DNA from: the human T2T-CHM13v2.0 reference genome, Homo sapiens
Length of the DNA: 64,000 nucleotides
Assembly: GCF_009914755.1 (NCBI RefSeq)
Contig: NC_060927.1
Strand: one strand, 5' to 3'
Shown here: positions 1-14,003 of the stretch, in pieces
Position numbering within the stretch: the first letter of the stretch is position 1
Layout of the letters: each line of letters begins with the position of its first letter
Notes under the pieces: generated by a model
Told to the model about the DNA's origin: nothing
The model's input: only the letters and a program-made list of their open reading frames with translations
The model's database searches: none
Program-made: the position numbers and the translations under genes

Positions 1-39
1 TGGGAGCTGTAGACTGGAGCTGTTCCTATTCGGCCATCT
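1..39 (-). mobile_element. Extreme 5' end (5'UTR start) of a young L1PA element that continues left of the window
   Basis: Reverse complement AGATGGCCGAATAGGAACAGCTCCAGTCTACAGCTCCCA matches the L1HS/L1PA 5'UTR from about +14. The adjacent 40-53 reads TT|AAAACATTTTAT on the minus strand, consistent with an L1 endonuclease site and TSD. Confidence 0.93.
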
Positions 40-649
40 ATAAAATGTTTTAAATATGCAACTTTCCATTGCTCAAGGCAGACAGGACCCTTAATTGGTT
101 TTTTAACATTGAAATTCATTAACTAGTTTAGTAATAGTTATAAGAAATTTTCTATGAACCATCCAGCTACTGGTTTAAGGCCCTGGGGATTAAGAATCTG
201 TCCTTGCCCAGTAGGAGCTTACATTCGAGTGGGCTAGAGAATCACGTAAATAGATAATTGCATTGCAATTTGATAACTACAATAATAGATATTCAAAGTA
301 CAATGACAGTACTACTTACCGGTTTCCAAAATATTTTTGTACTTGTCTAATGGCAAGTATGTTATTTTGCAAAGATTTGTTTTTCTCTCCGGTCAATACA
401 ATATACAGGGCAGTGGTAGAATTCTTAGATGGAAAATACGCAATCTATGGTCAAACTATTTGGGTTTAAATGCCTGGCCTTAATAACTGGAAAACAATGA
501 GAAATCATTTCATCTCCCCAAGCTTTATCCCAGAAGCAGTAAAATAGGTATAAAAGGGAGTGCTTTTGGGTGGCTATGTACAGTCGATTTATGCTATCAC
601 CTTACATCTGGGTCTAAGCCAGCTTCTCCTGGCCCAACTAGATCGCTCT

Positions 650-1470
<821 letters not shown>

Positions 1471-1571
1471 ACTTACCGCATACAATCCATATGCCTCATA
1501 ATAAAAGTAGCCTTTTTAAGGTAGCCTTTTTAAACACAAACTGATTTCATAAATCTGAATTCCTCATCACG

Positions 1572-2296
<725 letters not shown>

Positions 2297-2415
2297 AAAT
2301 ATTTTATGGATAAGACCTCAAAAGCACAGGCAACAAAAGCAAAAACAGACAAATGGAATTATGTGAAGTAAAAGGCTTCTGTACAGCAAAGAAAACAATC
2401 AGCAGTGGAGAGACA
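2297..2415 (+). mobile_element. Inverted L1 ORF2 fragment abutting the L1MA 3' segment
   Basis: AAGACCTCAAAAGCACAGGCAACAAAAGCAAAAACAGACAAATGG...GCTTCTGTACAGCAAAGAAAACAATC is L1 ORF2 sense sequence. Confidence 0.85.
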
Positions 2416-2499
2416 GTCTTACCACATATATATGTATTTTTTTTTTTCAGTTAGCTTCCTCAGGTTGAAAAACACCCATATTTTTTAAAAGTTGTCTTC

Positions 2500-2975
2500 C
2501 CTACATGATCTGGCCCTTCCTGCCTCTCCTCACCTTATCTCCTTCCATCTCCTCTCTTATCTCTATTCTAGCCACACTCCCAGAACATGCCAAGCCTTTT
2601 CAGGCTCCGGGACTTTTGTTCTCTCTCTTTTCTCTTTCTGGAATTATTTTCCCCAGACTTTAACATGCCTGACTCTGTCTCACATATAAGTTCTCACCTA
2701 AATGCCACTTTCTCAGCAAGGTCTTTGACTTTCTAAAATAGTTCCACCCTCTCAGCCAGCCAAAACTTACCCAATTTCCCTATTTTGATAGCGCTTATCA
2801 CTATCTACAATTATCTTGTTTATTTATGTTTCCATTTATTGTCTGTTTTTTCCACCTTCCCAAGAATGAAAGCTCCACGAAGACCAGGAAAAGACTGATG
2901 GGCCACTGTGTGTCCAGCTCTTAGAAAAAGGTCTGGCACATAGTACATGCTTAGTAAGTACACATTGAATGGGAG
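2500..2975 (+). mobile_element. L2 3' fragment
   Basis: ATGATCTGGCCC..., AAATGCCACTTTCTCAG, GAATGAAAGCTCCACGA, CTGGCACATAGTACATGCTTAGTAAGTA...TGAATG. Confidence 0.75.
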
Positions 2976-3109
2976 GAAATAGCTGTTCTGAATAATGACT
3001 CAAAATAACAGAGGGAAAGCATCTAACAGGGGACCCAGGTCTTGAGAGCAGCACCAGCAACTCAAATACGAACACACGCTGCTCTTCCTACTGTTACCAT
3101 GTCTGAAAT

Positions 3110-3290
3110 GCTTTCTTTGTGCTGGACACTGCTAAGCCTAATATGTCTGTTATCTCATTTGTTTCTCATATCAACCTCAAAGTTCTAGGTTCTAGATTTA
3201 TTATCCTCCTTCTACCAACAAGAAAACTGAGTCTTAGAAAAGTTAAACAACTCAGATAAAATACCCATGATTTAAATTCATGAAGTTTAA
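3110..3290 (-). mobile_element. MIR
   Basis: TTATCTCATTT...ATTATCCTCC...AAGAAAACTGAG...AGTTAA MIR core, antisense. Confidence 0.6.
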
Positions 3291-3504
3291 CTCTAAGTTC
3301 CATTTTAAAATAATATAATGATACTCTGATTTCTTTTCAGATTGTATAAATCTTTCACCTTTTAAAATAATACACTGGACTATTACTGCCTGAACAAATT
3401 ACTGTTTATATTATTATTCCACTTTTATCCCTCCCTCCTACATGATGATAATATTTTACTTATGTTTAGATCCTGAACACCAAACATCCAGTGAATACAG
3501 CTGA

Positions 3505-3825
<321 letters not shown>

Positions 3826-4398
3826 AAGACTGATTATTAATGAACTAATTCTACCTATACAATTTGGAGGTATGGGAGACAGCATCATGGAGAAACCTCA
3901 TTTGAAGTGCACCTTGATGAATGGATGAGCAAGAGTTGGCCAGGTAGAAAATAGCAATTCTAGGGGAAAGAAACGACATGGGAATTTTTTCAGTGTTGTT
4001 TTTGAAATTTACAGAATTTGGAAGAAAATGTTTCAGTAAGGAAAACTTCCTGATGGTCTTTATACTGTTTTCAAGTTCTTTGGAAACTTCAGAAACATAT
4101 AAAAAGACACAGTTTTTGAAAAAGTGGAGGGGAAATTATTAGAGAGCATGTATCATCCAGCGAAGACTAACTGGATGACATTCTTAAGTAGTACTTGGTG
4201 TTTGTCCTTAATTGAAAGATGTTTGTGTGGACTAGGAACATCTAAATAGACTTTTCAATCTGTAAATGAAATCTTCAGAGCCTGCAGGGTTCTGGTTTTT
4301 TAAGTAAGTATCTGTCCGAGGAATACTCTGCACATCAAATAACTTAAATCCAGTAACATGTGATAACTGTTCAGGGATTAGCACACTGGATTCTATTC

Positions 4399-4433
4399 TC
4401 TCTCTCTATAGATAGATAGATAGATCACTCTTT

Positions 4434-4478
<45 letters not shown>

Positions 4479-4818
4479 GTGTATATATATAGATATATCT
4501 CTCTATATATATGTATATATATATCTATATAGAGAGATCTATATACCTATATATCTATACATCTATGTATATAGATATAGATCCTGAACACCAGACATCC
4601 AGTGAATACAGCTGAAGATGTAACCCATTGAGATTTTTTTTTTTTGTGGTGGGGGGCACAGAGTCTTGCTCTGTCACCCAGGTTAGAGTGCAGTGAGATC
4701 TATGTATCTATACATAGATATAGAGAGAGATCTATGTATCTATACATAGATATAGAGAGAGATCTATGTATCTATACATAGATATAGAGATCTATGTATC
4801 TATCCATCTATCCATCTA

Positions 4819-4855
<37 letters not shown>

Positions 4856-4862
4856 GTAGAGA
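4399..4862. repeat. Compound (GATA)n/(TA)n/(TATC)n microsatellite containing an inserted 118-bp copy and a 32-bp tandem unit
   Basis: GATA runs at 4408-4478, TATC runs at 4800-4855, and unit GATCTATGTATCTATACATAGATATAGAGAGA starting at 4697, 4729 and 4761. Confidence 0.95.
4578..4695 (+). repeat. Local duplication of 3467-3584 (unique flank plus Alu tail)
   Basis: 118 bp with 6 mismatches by manual alignment. Confidence 0.95.
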
Positions 4863-7039
4863 GAAAGAGCACACACTTACGACTGGTTTATCTTAACAGG
4901 AGCTTTAGGATGTCTGGAAAGTAATACAGTCTTCATAAAGAGAGGTTGAACATTATCAAACAGCATGGTTCATTGTGAGTTTTTGTTTTAAGCATTTTAA
5001 ACAGTTGACTTCAAATTCCCAGCAGATGGTGGTGGCAGCAGGCAGGCACTCTAGTCAATGAGAAGTCAAAGTGAACTTTTAAAATAGTTGATTCTTAAAC
5101 TTGGAAGAAAAAGGAGTGAATGTTAGAAAAAAAAAATAACAGGTTTCCTGCAATGCATCTTATCATGCACAAGTCAAAAAATGAGAAACGGTACAATTTG
5201 CAATAAACACAAGAGTGTGTATTTTACACTACGGAAATGTAAAGCATTTAATCAGTCTGTTAGCAGAAAACTTGAATATTAGCTGTCACCAAATCCCTTT
5301 AGTGTATAATAACCTCAGAATTGCGGACCAATGTGTTTTCCTCCCAGCAAAGCTTACCAGAAGTGTTTTCTTAAAGACTGGCATTCCTATTAATAATTTA
5401 AGGTAGGAAAAAAAGGGGGTACATTTTCTTCTTAGTAGTCCAATCCACAATATAATGATGATGATGATCTTACTATACTTAATACCACTCTTATTGTAGT
5501 GATTTTTCTTTTAATGCTATTTTTGGATAAGAGGTAATTATTTTTAATTGTTAAACTACTTTCTATAGATTTTTTGAGCACTTCAAAGTCTAGAATTCCA
5601 GGATTCTGTGAAGAAATTCTTTTTCAGCCCTGTCGTAAAAAAATTTTTTTGATCCTTGGTCATGTTTATATTTATCCTGTCCTTAATAATATTGATTATA
5701 ACTTCTCTTTTCAGTGAATATATTATACATGTTCGACTTTATCTTACTAGGTAGCTGCTTAATAACAGCCAAACTCATTATTTATGTCACTTATCTTCCC
5801 CTTTTAGTTATCTTTGTGTTTAGGCTCCTACTCTATGGCGGTGAAAGCAATGGTTGTGGGAGGGAAGGGGAAGTTGCTTGATGTAAGTGACCGGAACCAC
5901 AAGAAATATTCCCAGTATAAAGTGACCCTGTTTGCAGATTACCTTTCTGCTTTATTTCCTATGCTGTATCTTCCATTTTCTAGGATTCCTCAGGCCATCT
6001 TTGCATGGTTGGTTTATCAGAATGAAGTAAAATAGCTCCGGATAGAATTTGGCCCCTCCAAATGCCAGGCCCATGAGATAGCAAGGAAACTTCATCAAAT
6101 GCCAATGACAGGAAAAGAGCTGTATGTCTTACGAAGCAGGCCCACATTAAGTCTGTAGGACTGCATGGCTTTTCTCTTGCCCTAGAAAGTCAACAGATGA
6201 GGTAACTCCCCACCCAACTGGTTCCTTTTCTTTACTTGGATGATCAAGGGGTAAAAGTACAGCTGTCATTTTAGCTACAAAGGTACCTTTTTACATTAAA
6301 CTGAAAAAGTGCACATGTGTTCTGTTGAAATGCCCCCTATATATCTGTTTTGAATTTCAGTTCACTGAATGTTCTGAAAATTAAATAAACACAAAACAGG
6401 ACATGCTAATATCTTCAATGAGGTGCTTAATTCCCCATCTTAATCAGCCGTTTTCCATCCTGTTTCTTTTTCCTGCCTATCTGTCAAATGTTTCTTAATT
6501 AAGAATTATTCTTAATTACAAAGTTTATGTGTCATTTTATTTTAGAGGTAGTTAATTAAATTTAACACTAATCATTGGAGATATTGCCTTTTCTGCACAC
6601 ACATTGATGCTTAATTATTGGAATACCTTGAATCTCTTGACTGAGGGGGAGTAGGGCATATTGATTTGTGTCTGGTATGTGGCAGCTCGTACTGAATAGG
6701 GCAGAGACTCAGCCCATCAACCAGACAAAGAAGTAGGAAGCTCATTTTTTCTTAGTTGATAAAGGACAGTGAACAAATGCACTCTGGTCATTCAGCGCAT
6801 TATGTGATGTCTCTGAGGGGCATGGAAGTGTGATGATTATGGATGACATTCGATCCTAAAAAGAATAGCCAGAATAAAGCTATTCTTTAAGAGTCCTTGG
6901 ATACTTGTTAGAATGGATTTGCCAATTTTTGTATGTATGGGATTATACTGGGGTCACCCTGAGCAGGTCATCTGGTTGGATGAGAAGCGAGATCCAGTGG
7001 CCAGATTAGAAAAAGGATGCATTAGCTCTTGGTTCCTTC

Positions 7040-7315
7040 TACCCAATCTTTCCCCTCCAACATTCTCAGACCTTATCTCCTGGGTCACTTCTTCAGAGAA
7101 GTCTTCCACAACTATATATTGCATACCTTTCCTTGACATCATTCATTCTCACTATAATTGCAATTTATGTGGTTGGATTTTTATTGTCTGCCTCACCCAA
7201 TAAATGAAGTATCCTTGAGGGTAGTTGTCATTTCTAATTTTGCTTATCATTTATTTGTCATTTGCTTAACTAGTATTTGACACTAAATATATTTTGGAAT
7301 GGATTAATGAATGAA
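7040..7315 (+). mobile_element. L2 3' fragment
   Basis: GTCACTTCTTCAGAGAAGTCTTCC, ATTGTCTGCCTC...CCTTGAGGGTAG, terminal TGAATGAA. Confidence 0.65.
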
Positions 7316-7709
7316 TTATTAAATATTTTTAGAAGCTATAAGTTATTTGACTTTTTAAAAAAGTATTAAATGTTCATTACGTTTGCCAGCACTGTATTAT
7401 TAGGTTCTGGGAGTAAGGGATGGTTGGGTGAAAGTGAATCCCTGCCTTCAGCAATTTATAATACAATACAAAAGAAACTCATCCAACTAAATATAATATA
7501 AGCTAGACTATAATATGTGGTGTAATAGATACATGAACCCATCTCTGTGAAAACACATAGCAAATCAGCCAAGCGAGGCAAGGCTTCAAAAAGAGGGAGA
7601 TTATTTGAAATCTGCCTTGAAGGTAGTTTTGGACAAATAAGAACTGGGGAAAGGGCATGCTGGGAAGAGGTAACAAGATGAGCAAGAGTCAGATGTATAA
7701 ATGAATATG

Positions 7710-8292
7710 ATGTTAGCAAATTGTCAAAGATTGGAAAACATGGTGGTGCTCAGTCCTGGCTCGGATACAGTGAGGCAGGCTTTCTGTACACTGTTGGCAG
7801 GACTGCAAATGGGTAGACACTTTTGGCAAAACACGTTAGAAGACTCACTATTTCCTCTTCTAGAAATATATTTCATAACCGGAGATGTGTGCAATTCTTT
7901 ATATTCAAAATTGTTTCTCACAGCATATTTGACAAACTTCATTAACGGTCTACACACATAATTGTAGTCCAATGATTACATGAATTATGTAATAACTATA
8001 GGATGAAAAACTATGCATCCATTAAAAATTATGTTTTTGAAGAATCATGACATGGATAGGTGCTTGGATTGCAGTGTATATAAACATAATGAAAATCTCA
8101 ATATAAAGTTGGATACCAGTTTTATACATGTAAAAATACAGAGGAATAAAGGAAATAACAGTAACAGTAATTTACTAATACTAATTCTCTTTGGTGGTAG
8201 ATTGACAAGTACGTTCCATTTTCTTCTGTATGTTTTCTGTTTTCTAGATGTTCTACAGTTGTAAATATTGGTTGCATAATAAGAAAAACAGA
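7710..8292 (+). mobile_element. Old L1ME-type 3' fragment
   Basis: TACACTGTTGGCAGGACTGCAAATGGG...TTTCCTCTTCTAGAAATATAT...ACTATGCATCCATTAAAA...TTTTCTGT 3' end with A-rich tail. Confidence 0.65.
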
Positions 8293-9689
8293 TTTAAACT
8301 TGGATATGTTATGAAGAAAATGCAATATCATATCTATGGCTAAAATACAAAATGTATAGGGAATGCTTTTAGAAAATGAGTCTTGAGTTTTAAAAATTAT
8401 TTAGACTCTAATGGGGGTTGTGCCTTGTATTAATCATTCTGGGTACCAGGAAAACCTGCGAGATACGGCCCGCCACCCAAGGATTTTAAAACCTGGCTGA
8501 GAAGACAATACATAAATATCTAATTTAATAACAATCTCAGATAATAGTTCTAGTAATACCATGGGGCAGGATGCTACAGATTGCCAAAACATGGCACATA
8601 AGCTATGGCCTAGAAGTTTAGAGTAGAGATTAGCCTATTGAGTAATTATACAGAATTTCTAAATGTTTTTTGTCATCTCCCTGCCACACCCCTGGAGCAG
8701 CGTGTGATCTCACCAGCAGTGCAAGGGCACATGGGCTCTCAAATACCTGCCATAGCAACAGGATCAGGAGATGACTTAGAGAAGGTGGAGAGGAGGGTTA
8801 AGAGACCCCAGAACTTATATGGCTAGAGGTCCAAAAACAAGTAGATGCCACTCACTGGCCTGCCTGAATTACGTATCTTTCCAATGGACCCCAACCTAAA
8901 TACCTAGATATGTAGGTTGTACCTTTTCTGTATATGATGAACTTGATATATGTGCACCCCTTACGTATGTATACACATGTATGTATATTCTGTATATATT
9001 TGTGTGTGTGTTTGTGTGCATACCCCATATATATTCATGTATAAATATATATATATATGTAGAAATATTTTCTAATAATCACTCAGTTTCTATTGCAGGT
9101 GATTATATAAACTCTCTTAAATGGATTTGCCATTTTCATTATTTGTTGCCATAAATTTGCTTCATCCTAAAATACTGCTTAATTACTAGATTGGTCAACA
9201 ACATGTATCTTGCTATAATTGAAAAATGACTTACATTTTGGAAAAGAATAAGATGAATATTTTTCCAGATACCTTGGGAACAAATAAATTCCTCCATTTT
9301 GAGTGTTACTGTAAACATAAAATACTAGAATGGGATATTTTTTGGATATTCACTTAATGTTTTTGTGTTTGATCTTCCAATATGAATCGTTATCCATTCA
9401 CAGATATTTATAAATCCTCTACTAGGTGCAAAGCCATTGATAAGTGTTGCAAGAAAATAAAGTACAAGTTAAAGAACATGAGTACCTGTTGTCTACAGAT
9501 ACTGAGAATTCTAGAATATATAAATAACACTCCTTGACCATGAAACATTTATGATCTCTTGGAGGAATCTTGTGAGGAAAGGTGTTGATTTTGCCCTCAA
9601 GGCGGTTCTGTCAACCTTTTCTACCTGTGGGCTGAAGAGATCAAGGACCTCTTCATGGAAAAGGTGGCTCGTTCACTAGGCTCTAGGTT

Positions 9690-9862
9690 ACAATTGTTCT
9701 TAACTTTTTTTTACTGAGGATGTCAGAGACCCCTTTAGTCATGTGATGAAAATAATTGTTTCTTACCTGCAAAATTTACAAGCCCAGCATCTTGTATTTA
9801 ATTTCAGTAATTTATGGATTCTTTCTAAGGTAATCCACGTGCATTTAGTTTACAGACCCCCA
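9690..9862. mobile_element. hAT MITE (MER103C-like)
   Basis: GTTCTTAAC...GACCCCTTT...TGATGAAA...AATTTCAG...ATCCA...ACCCC. Confidence 0.5.
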
Positions 9863-10650
9863 CTTCAATGAGTAGTTAGAATTTGGACATGCACTAGGCT
9901 AAAAACAAAGGCAATTTTAGGTAACAATACAGAAGCAAAGTGTATAAAGTATATATAGAAAATGGAGAGTAGCTCCATTTGAATACCTGGAATGGGTTAA
10001 TTAAAGATCTAGACTGAAAGGTAGGAATTGGTTAAATAAAGATCTAGACAAAAAGGATCAAATTCCTAATTACTGAAAATTGCACCCTGTATCATATCAT
10101 ATCATGAGTCCATTTCCAGTGGCCTGCCTTTTAGCTATTATTAGTCATCACTTAATCCAACAAAAGTGCCCAATCTTCCCAGTTTCATTTCAGGACAAGC
10201 CTTTAGCAACAACAAATTTTGCCCTTATCCTTCACGGAGTAGATTTTCTCTGCCGCCAGCATCCAAATGTGCATTTGACACTCTGAAACTGAAGGAGAGA
10301 CTGGGACAGACCATACCAATCACTGACCCCATCATTCAGAGTGATTGAGATCTGTCTTGTCACTTTCCTGTGTGGAGACATTTTCTCTCCTTAGATTCTC
10401 TATAAGACAAAACAATCCACCACCATTATTTTTATAGCATGCCCATCTCCCAGAGTGTCACAAACTCTTTACAACAAGAAATGGAATAGAAAGACGATGC
10501 TTTGCAGACTTGGGTATAGTTATTTTCAGACAGAAAGGGAAAATGACAAGAAGAGATTGAGTGGAATAAAAGTAAAGATAAGGCTGCTGACTTGAAAAAA
10601 CAGTCATGACAAGATTGATAGACCCTGCCCAAATCCACATCTCTCACCTG

Positions 10651-10686
10651 CACACATGTACACACACACACACACACACACACACG
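10651..10686. repeat. (CA)n microsatellite
   Basis: Directly visible. Confidence 0.95.
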
Positions 10687-11127
10687 CAGGTGGATAGTCT
10701 CAGCAGCTTTTATCGAAAGTTTTGTTGATGATGTGGTCTTCCTGATACTAGTTTTCAATGATAGAATTACATGCTTATTCTTGAATATAAGTCAGTTTGG
10801 TCTCTCTGAACACATGTCCACATGTTGAAGTTGAAATGAGTTAATGGATGTAAACATTTAGACCAGTGCCTTACACAAATGAACACACTTCGAATGTTTT
10901 TCCATTATTATTGATGTTGATAATGGTGATGAAGATGATGATGATTAACAGTAGTATAGTATTAACTTGTTTATCAGAAAAAAAAAATTGTGGAACAGAA
11001 CAAGAACCCAGTAAGGTAATAAGTCTTTTTAATTATTTTGACATTTGAGCAAAGGTAAACACATATAAGAAATCTAAGACTTGCATTCTGTTCCTTCCCT
11101 AGGAGTGTTCCAATATCCTTTCAGGTA

Positions 11128-11313
11128 GTGGTTATTTCTTAAAACGTCCTTTTATCACCACCTGCCATAGAATCACTTGTGTTACTTCTTAAAAACATGG
11201 ATTCCTGGGCTCTACCTTAAACCTACCAAAAAAGAGTCTCTGGGGACAGGTCCCAAAGCCAGCCTTTTAAAGAAATTCCCCATGATGAGTCTTAAGCCTA
11301 CAAATTTGAGAAA
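11128..11313. mobile_element. MER5A/B hAT MITE
   Basis: AGAATCACTTG...AAAAACATGGATTCCTGGGCTCTACC...AGTCTCTGGGG...TTTGAGAA. Confidence 0.7.
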
Positions 11314-13569
11314 GGTGTTTACCTATCGTTTAAAGAATCAACCTTACAGGCAGGGTTTAATCTGATTAGGAATAGTGGAGGGGAACACTGGCTCTGAAAC
11401 ATCTTTCACCACTTTCCCTGCAATTCACACTATTAAATATTTATTCCTTTGGTTTCCAGTGTATATATAGGAGTCTCCATTTAAAATTTAAATACAAGGG
11501 GAAGCCATTAACATCCATTAGCACACCATGTGAGTTAGGGATTTGAAAGCCAATCATTTAGCAAGGCTTCAAGGGGAGAGTAAGATGAATGAATCCCATT
11601 GAGGAAAAAAGAGCTAAGAAGGCAGGGAGCAGAATAGGCCAGCCTAACTGAAGCATTGCAGCTGAGAATCCTGGACAGCTAGGGGAGTAAGGAAACAATG
11701 AATTCTGCAGACCAGCTGCTGGAAACAAAAAAAAGGAGAAATTATACAAAGTGGTATAAAATGCTTTTCAAATATGTTTGTGGTAGAGGTGGACCCCAAT
11801 GACCAGTTTTGTCTGTTTCTCTTTAAGTGTGGCCTACAGTAGAGTCTAATGCTGGACCCATGCATTTGAAGGTCTAATACTGAGTTAAAGATCTCGGCAT
11901 AAATCCTGGGGCTAATAACATTGGACCCTGAGCAAGTCAGACAAAATTGCACCTAGATTTAGCTAAAGAGTATCAGCTAACTTTGTTTTAAGAATAAACG
12001 TTTTTTCTCTTCACTTATAAATACTAGTTCTCCTAAATTATTTTTCAAAGTACTTACATAAGCTTCAACATTTTTTCCTTGTCTATGGTCATATTTAAAA
12101 TAGTTTAACAAAAATTTGTTGCCCATGTTGTTTTGTTGTAATCTGTATGAACATCTCATTGTACAGATTAAAATGATAAAAGGAATCGGGAGTGCTCAAG
12201 CAAGAAGATTTAGGGGGAGACAAAGAAGAGAATTTACTTAAAAGTGTAATTAGCCAGGCCAGGGCCTTGTTCAGGGATCAGTGTGATAATTTATACTTAT
12301 CTGAACTTGTGAAACGTAAAGATTACATTCTTGTGAAATGAAAACTACATTTACTTAGCGATTAGCTTTTTTTTACATGGCAATTAGCTTTGGTCATGTG
12401 TATACATATACATTAAGATCAGTAATATTTATCTGTCATCTTTTCCTTGTATCTACATTAGCTACCGTCTGGTCTTTAACCTAAAAATGTCCACATCAGG
12501 AATCATCTTTATCAGGGTCAAGTAATGGGAATAAAAAGGCAAGGTAACTTTTATTGCAGAACTGAAGAGGAGATTTGAAGAGAAGTAACTTTGGCATCAA
12601 GAATAGAGAAGTAATGGGGAGTGAATACTTGAGGTGTCCTAATCCACTTTCTATTACCTTCAATTGGTGATAAAAATGTTAATGATGGTCTTCAAATTCA
12701 AGAATACACGTAAATCCCCAAGGAAACCAAAGGGAGCAGTATAATTCTTTACCTGACTTTCTTGCATCTAGTTTTATTTCAGTTTAGGAGCTAGCACTGT
12801 CCCATACAATACAAGAGCATTTGGTCTTGTACTAAGAAAAGACTTAGAAAAATTGAAGGGTCCTTCCAAACAAATGTGGCTGTTTTGACAATTATGCAAA
12901 TAGTGTGAAGATTAAAAACCCAAGTAATCTTCATAGGTCATGGTATTGATTTAAATGAGAAAACCTAACTGCTTTTTGTTTTTTGAGTTGTGTTGGGATT
13001 TTTCTTTTTCTTAGTGTGTTTTTTTTGTTGTTGTTGTTCTTGTTGAAGCATGAAACTTATCTGTTTTTCCTTGCTAGATTAAAGCCTTGCTTTCCCTTTG
13101 TTATTTAAATCACATCAGAAAGGAATTAAAGAGCCTTAGAGCAGGTGACTGTGGTTTGGGTTTACATTAGCGGACTTTTTGCCATTATGTTTCTATTCCA
13201 ATTTCCAGTTTCAGTTAGCAACATTATACTCTGTGATTTTGGGCAGGAGAAAACCCAAACCACAGACTAAACTGATTTTTGTTTGGAGAAAATGCACAAC
13301 CAATTCCCAATTACCCAAGTTGTATTTCAATCCCAGAGTGCATGGAATGAAAATAATTGCAAGTGTGAATACACACAAAAAGAAATACATCCTGTACAGA
13401 AAACTAGCTCCTTCACTGTTGGTAGGAGAAGAAGGATATTTGCTCTGGAGTGGTCAGGGAGTCCTGTTACTGAATAAGGCCCTTAACTTGAGAGTACCTT
13501 TATTAAGAAAGCAGATGAGTGGTGTAGCGGAAGCTAGCAACATGCATGATGCATGCAGCCTGATAATGA

Positions 13570-13800
13570 GATGCCCTTCTAGCAATATTTAACCCTTACA
13601 TTAATCCAAATCTACCTCCTTATAACTCCTGCTTTTTGGATTAAAAAGCAAAGTAAGCCCAGTGCTTCTAACAGTATGAGAGATCACAGCAAATGTTTAA
13701 AGGCAGTGACCACGTCACCCACTCCACCCAACCCTACCCCCGACACACACCCCATCTCCTCCAGGATATAGTTTCCCGGTTACTGCAATCATTCCTCAGC
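13570..13800 (-). mobile_element. CR1/L3 remnant
   Basis: AATGTTTAAAGGCAGTGACCACGTCACCC...CTCCTCCAGG...CCCGGTTACTGCAATCATTCCTCA resembles L3 antisense. Confidence 0.45.
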
Positions 13801-13844
13801 TCCAAATCTCTATGCCCTTTTTCCTTTTTCTCTTTTCCTTCTTC

Positions 13845-14003
13845 TCAATAAACAGTTTTATTGAGATATAATTAACATATAAAATTGTTTGATGTTTGCT
13901 TTTGTGCATACATTATACAATGATCACCACAATCAAGCTAATGAACATATTCATCACCTCTACATGGTTACTATTTGTGTGTGTGTCTGTGTGTCTATGT
14001 GTG
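13845..14003 (-). mobile_element. L1MA9/L1MB-type 3' end
   Basis: TTTTATTGAGATATAATTAACATAT...ATGATCACCACAATCAAGCTAATGAACATATTCATCACCTC. Confidence 0.8.

Noticed and set aside
4697-4800. Palindromic 32-bp repeats as a CRISPR-like array
   Set aside because: There are no unique spacers, the units are microsatellite-derived, and the context is primate DNA with no cas genes.
13179-13592. 137-aa ORF in unique sequence
   Set aside because: TTG start, no motif or recognisable homology, and no supporting exon structure.
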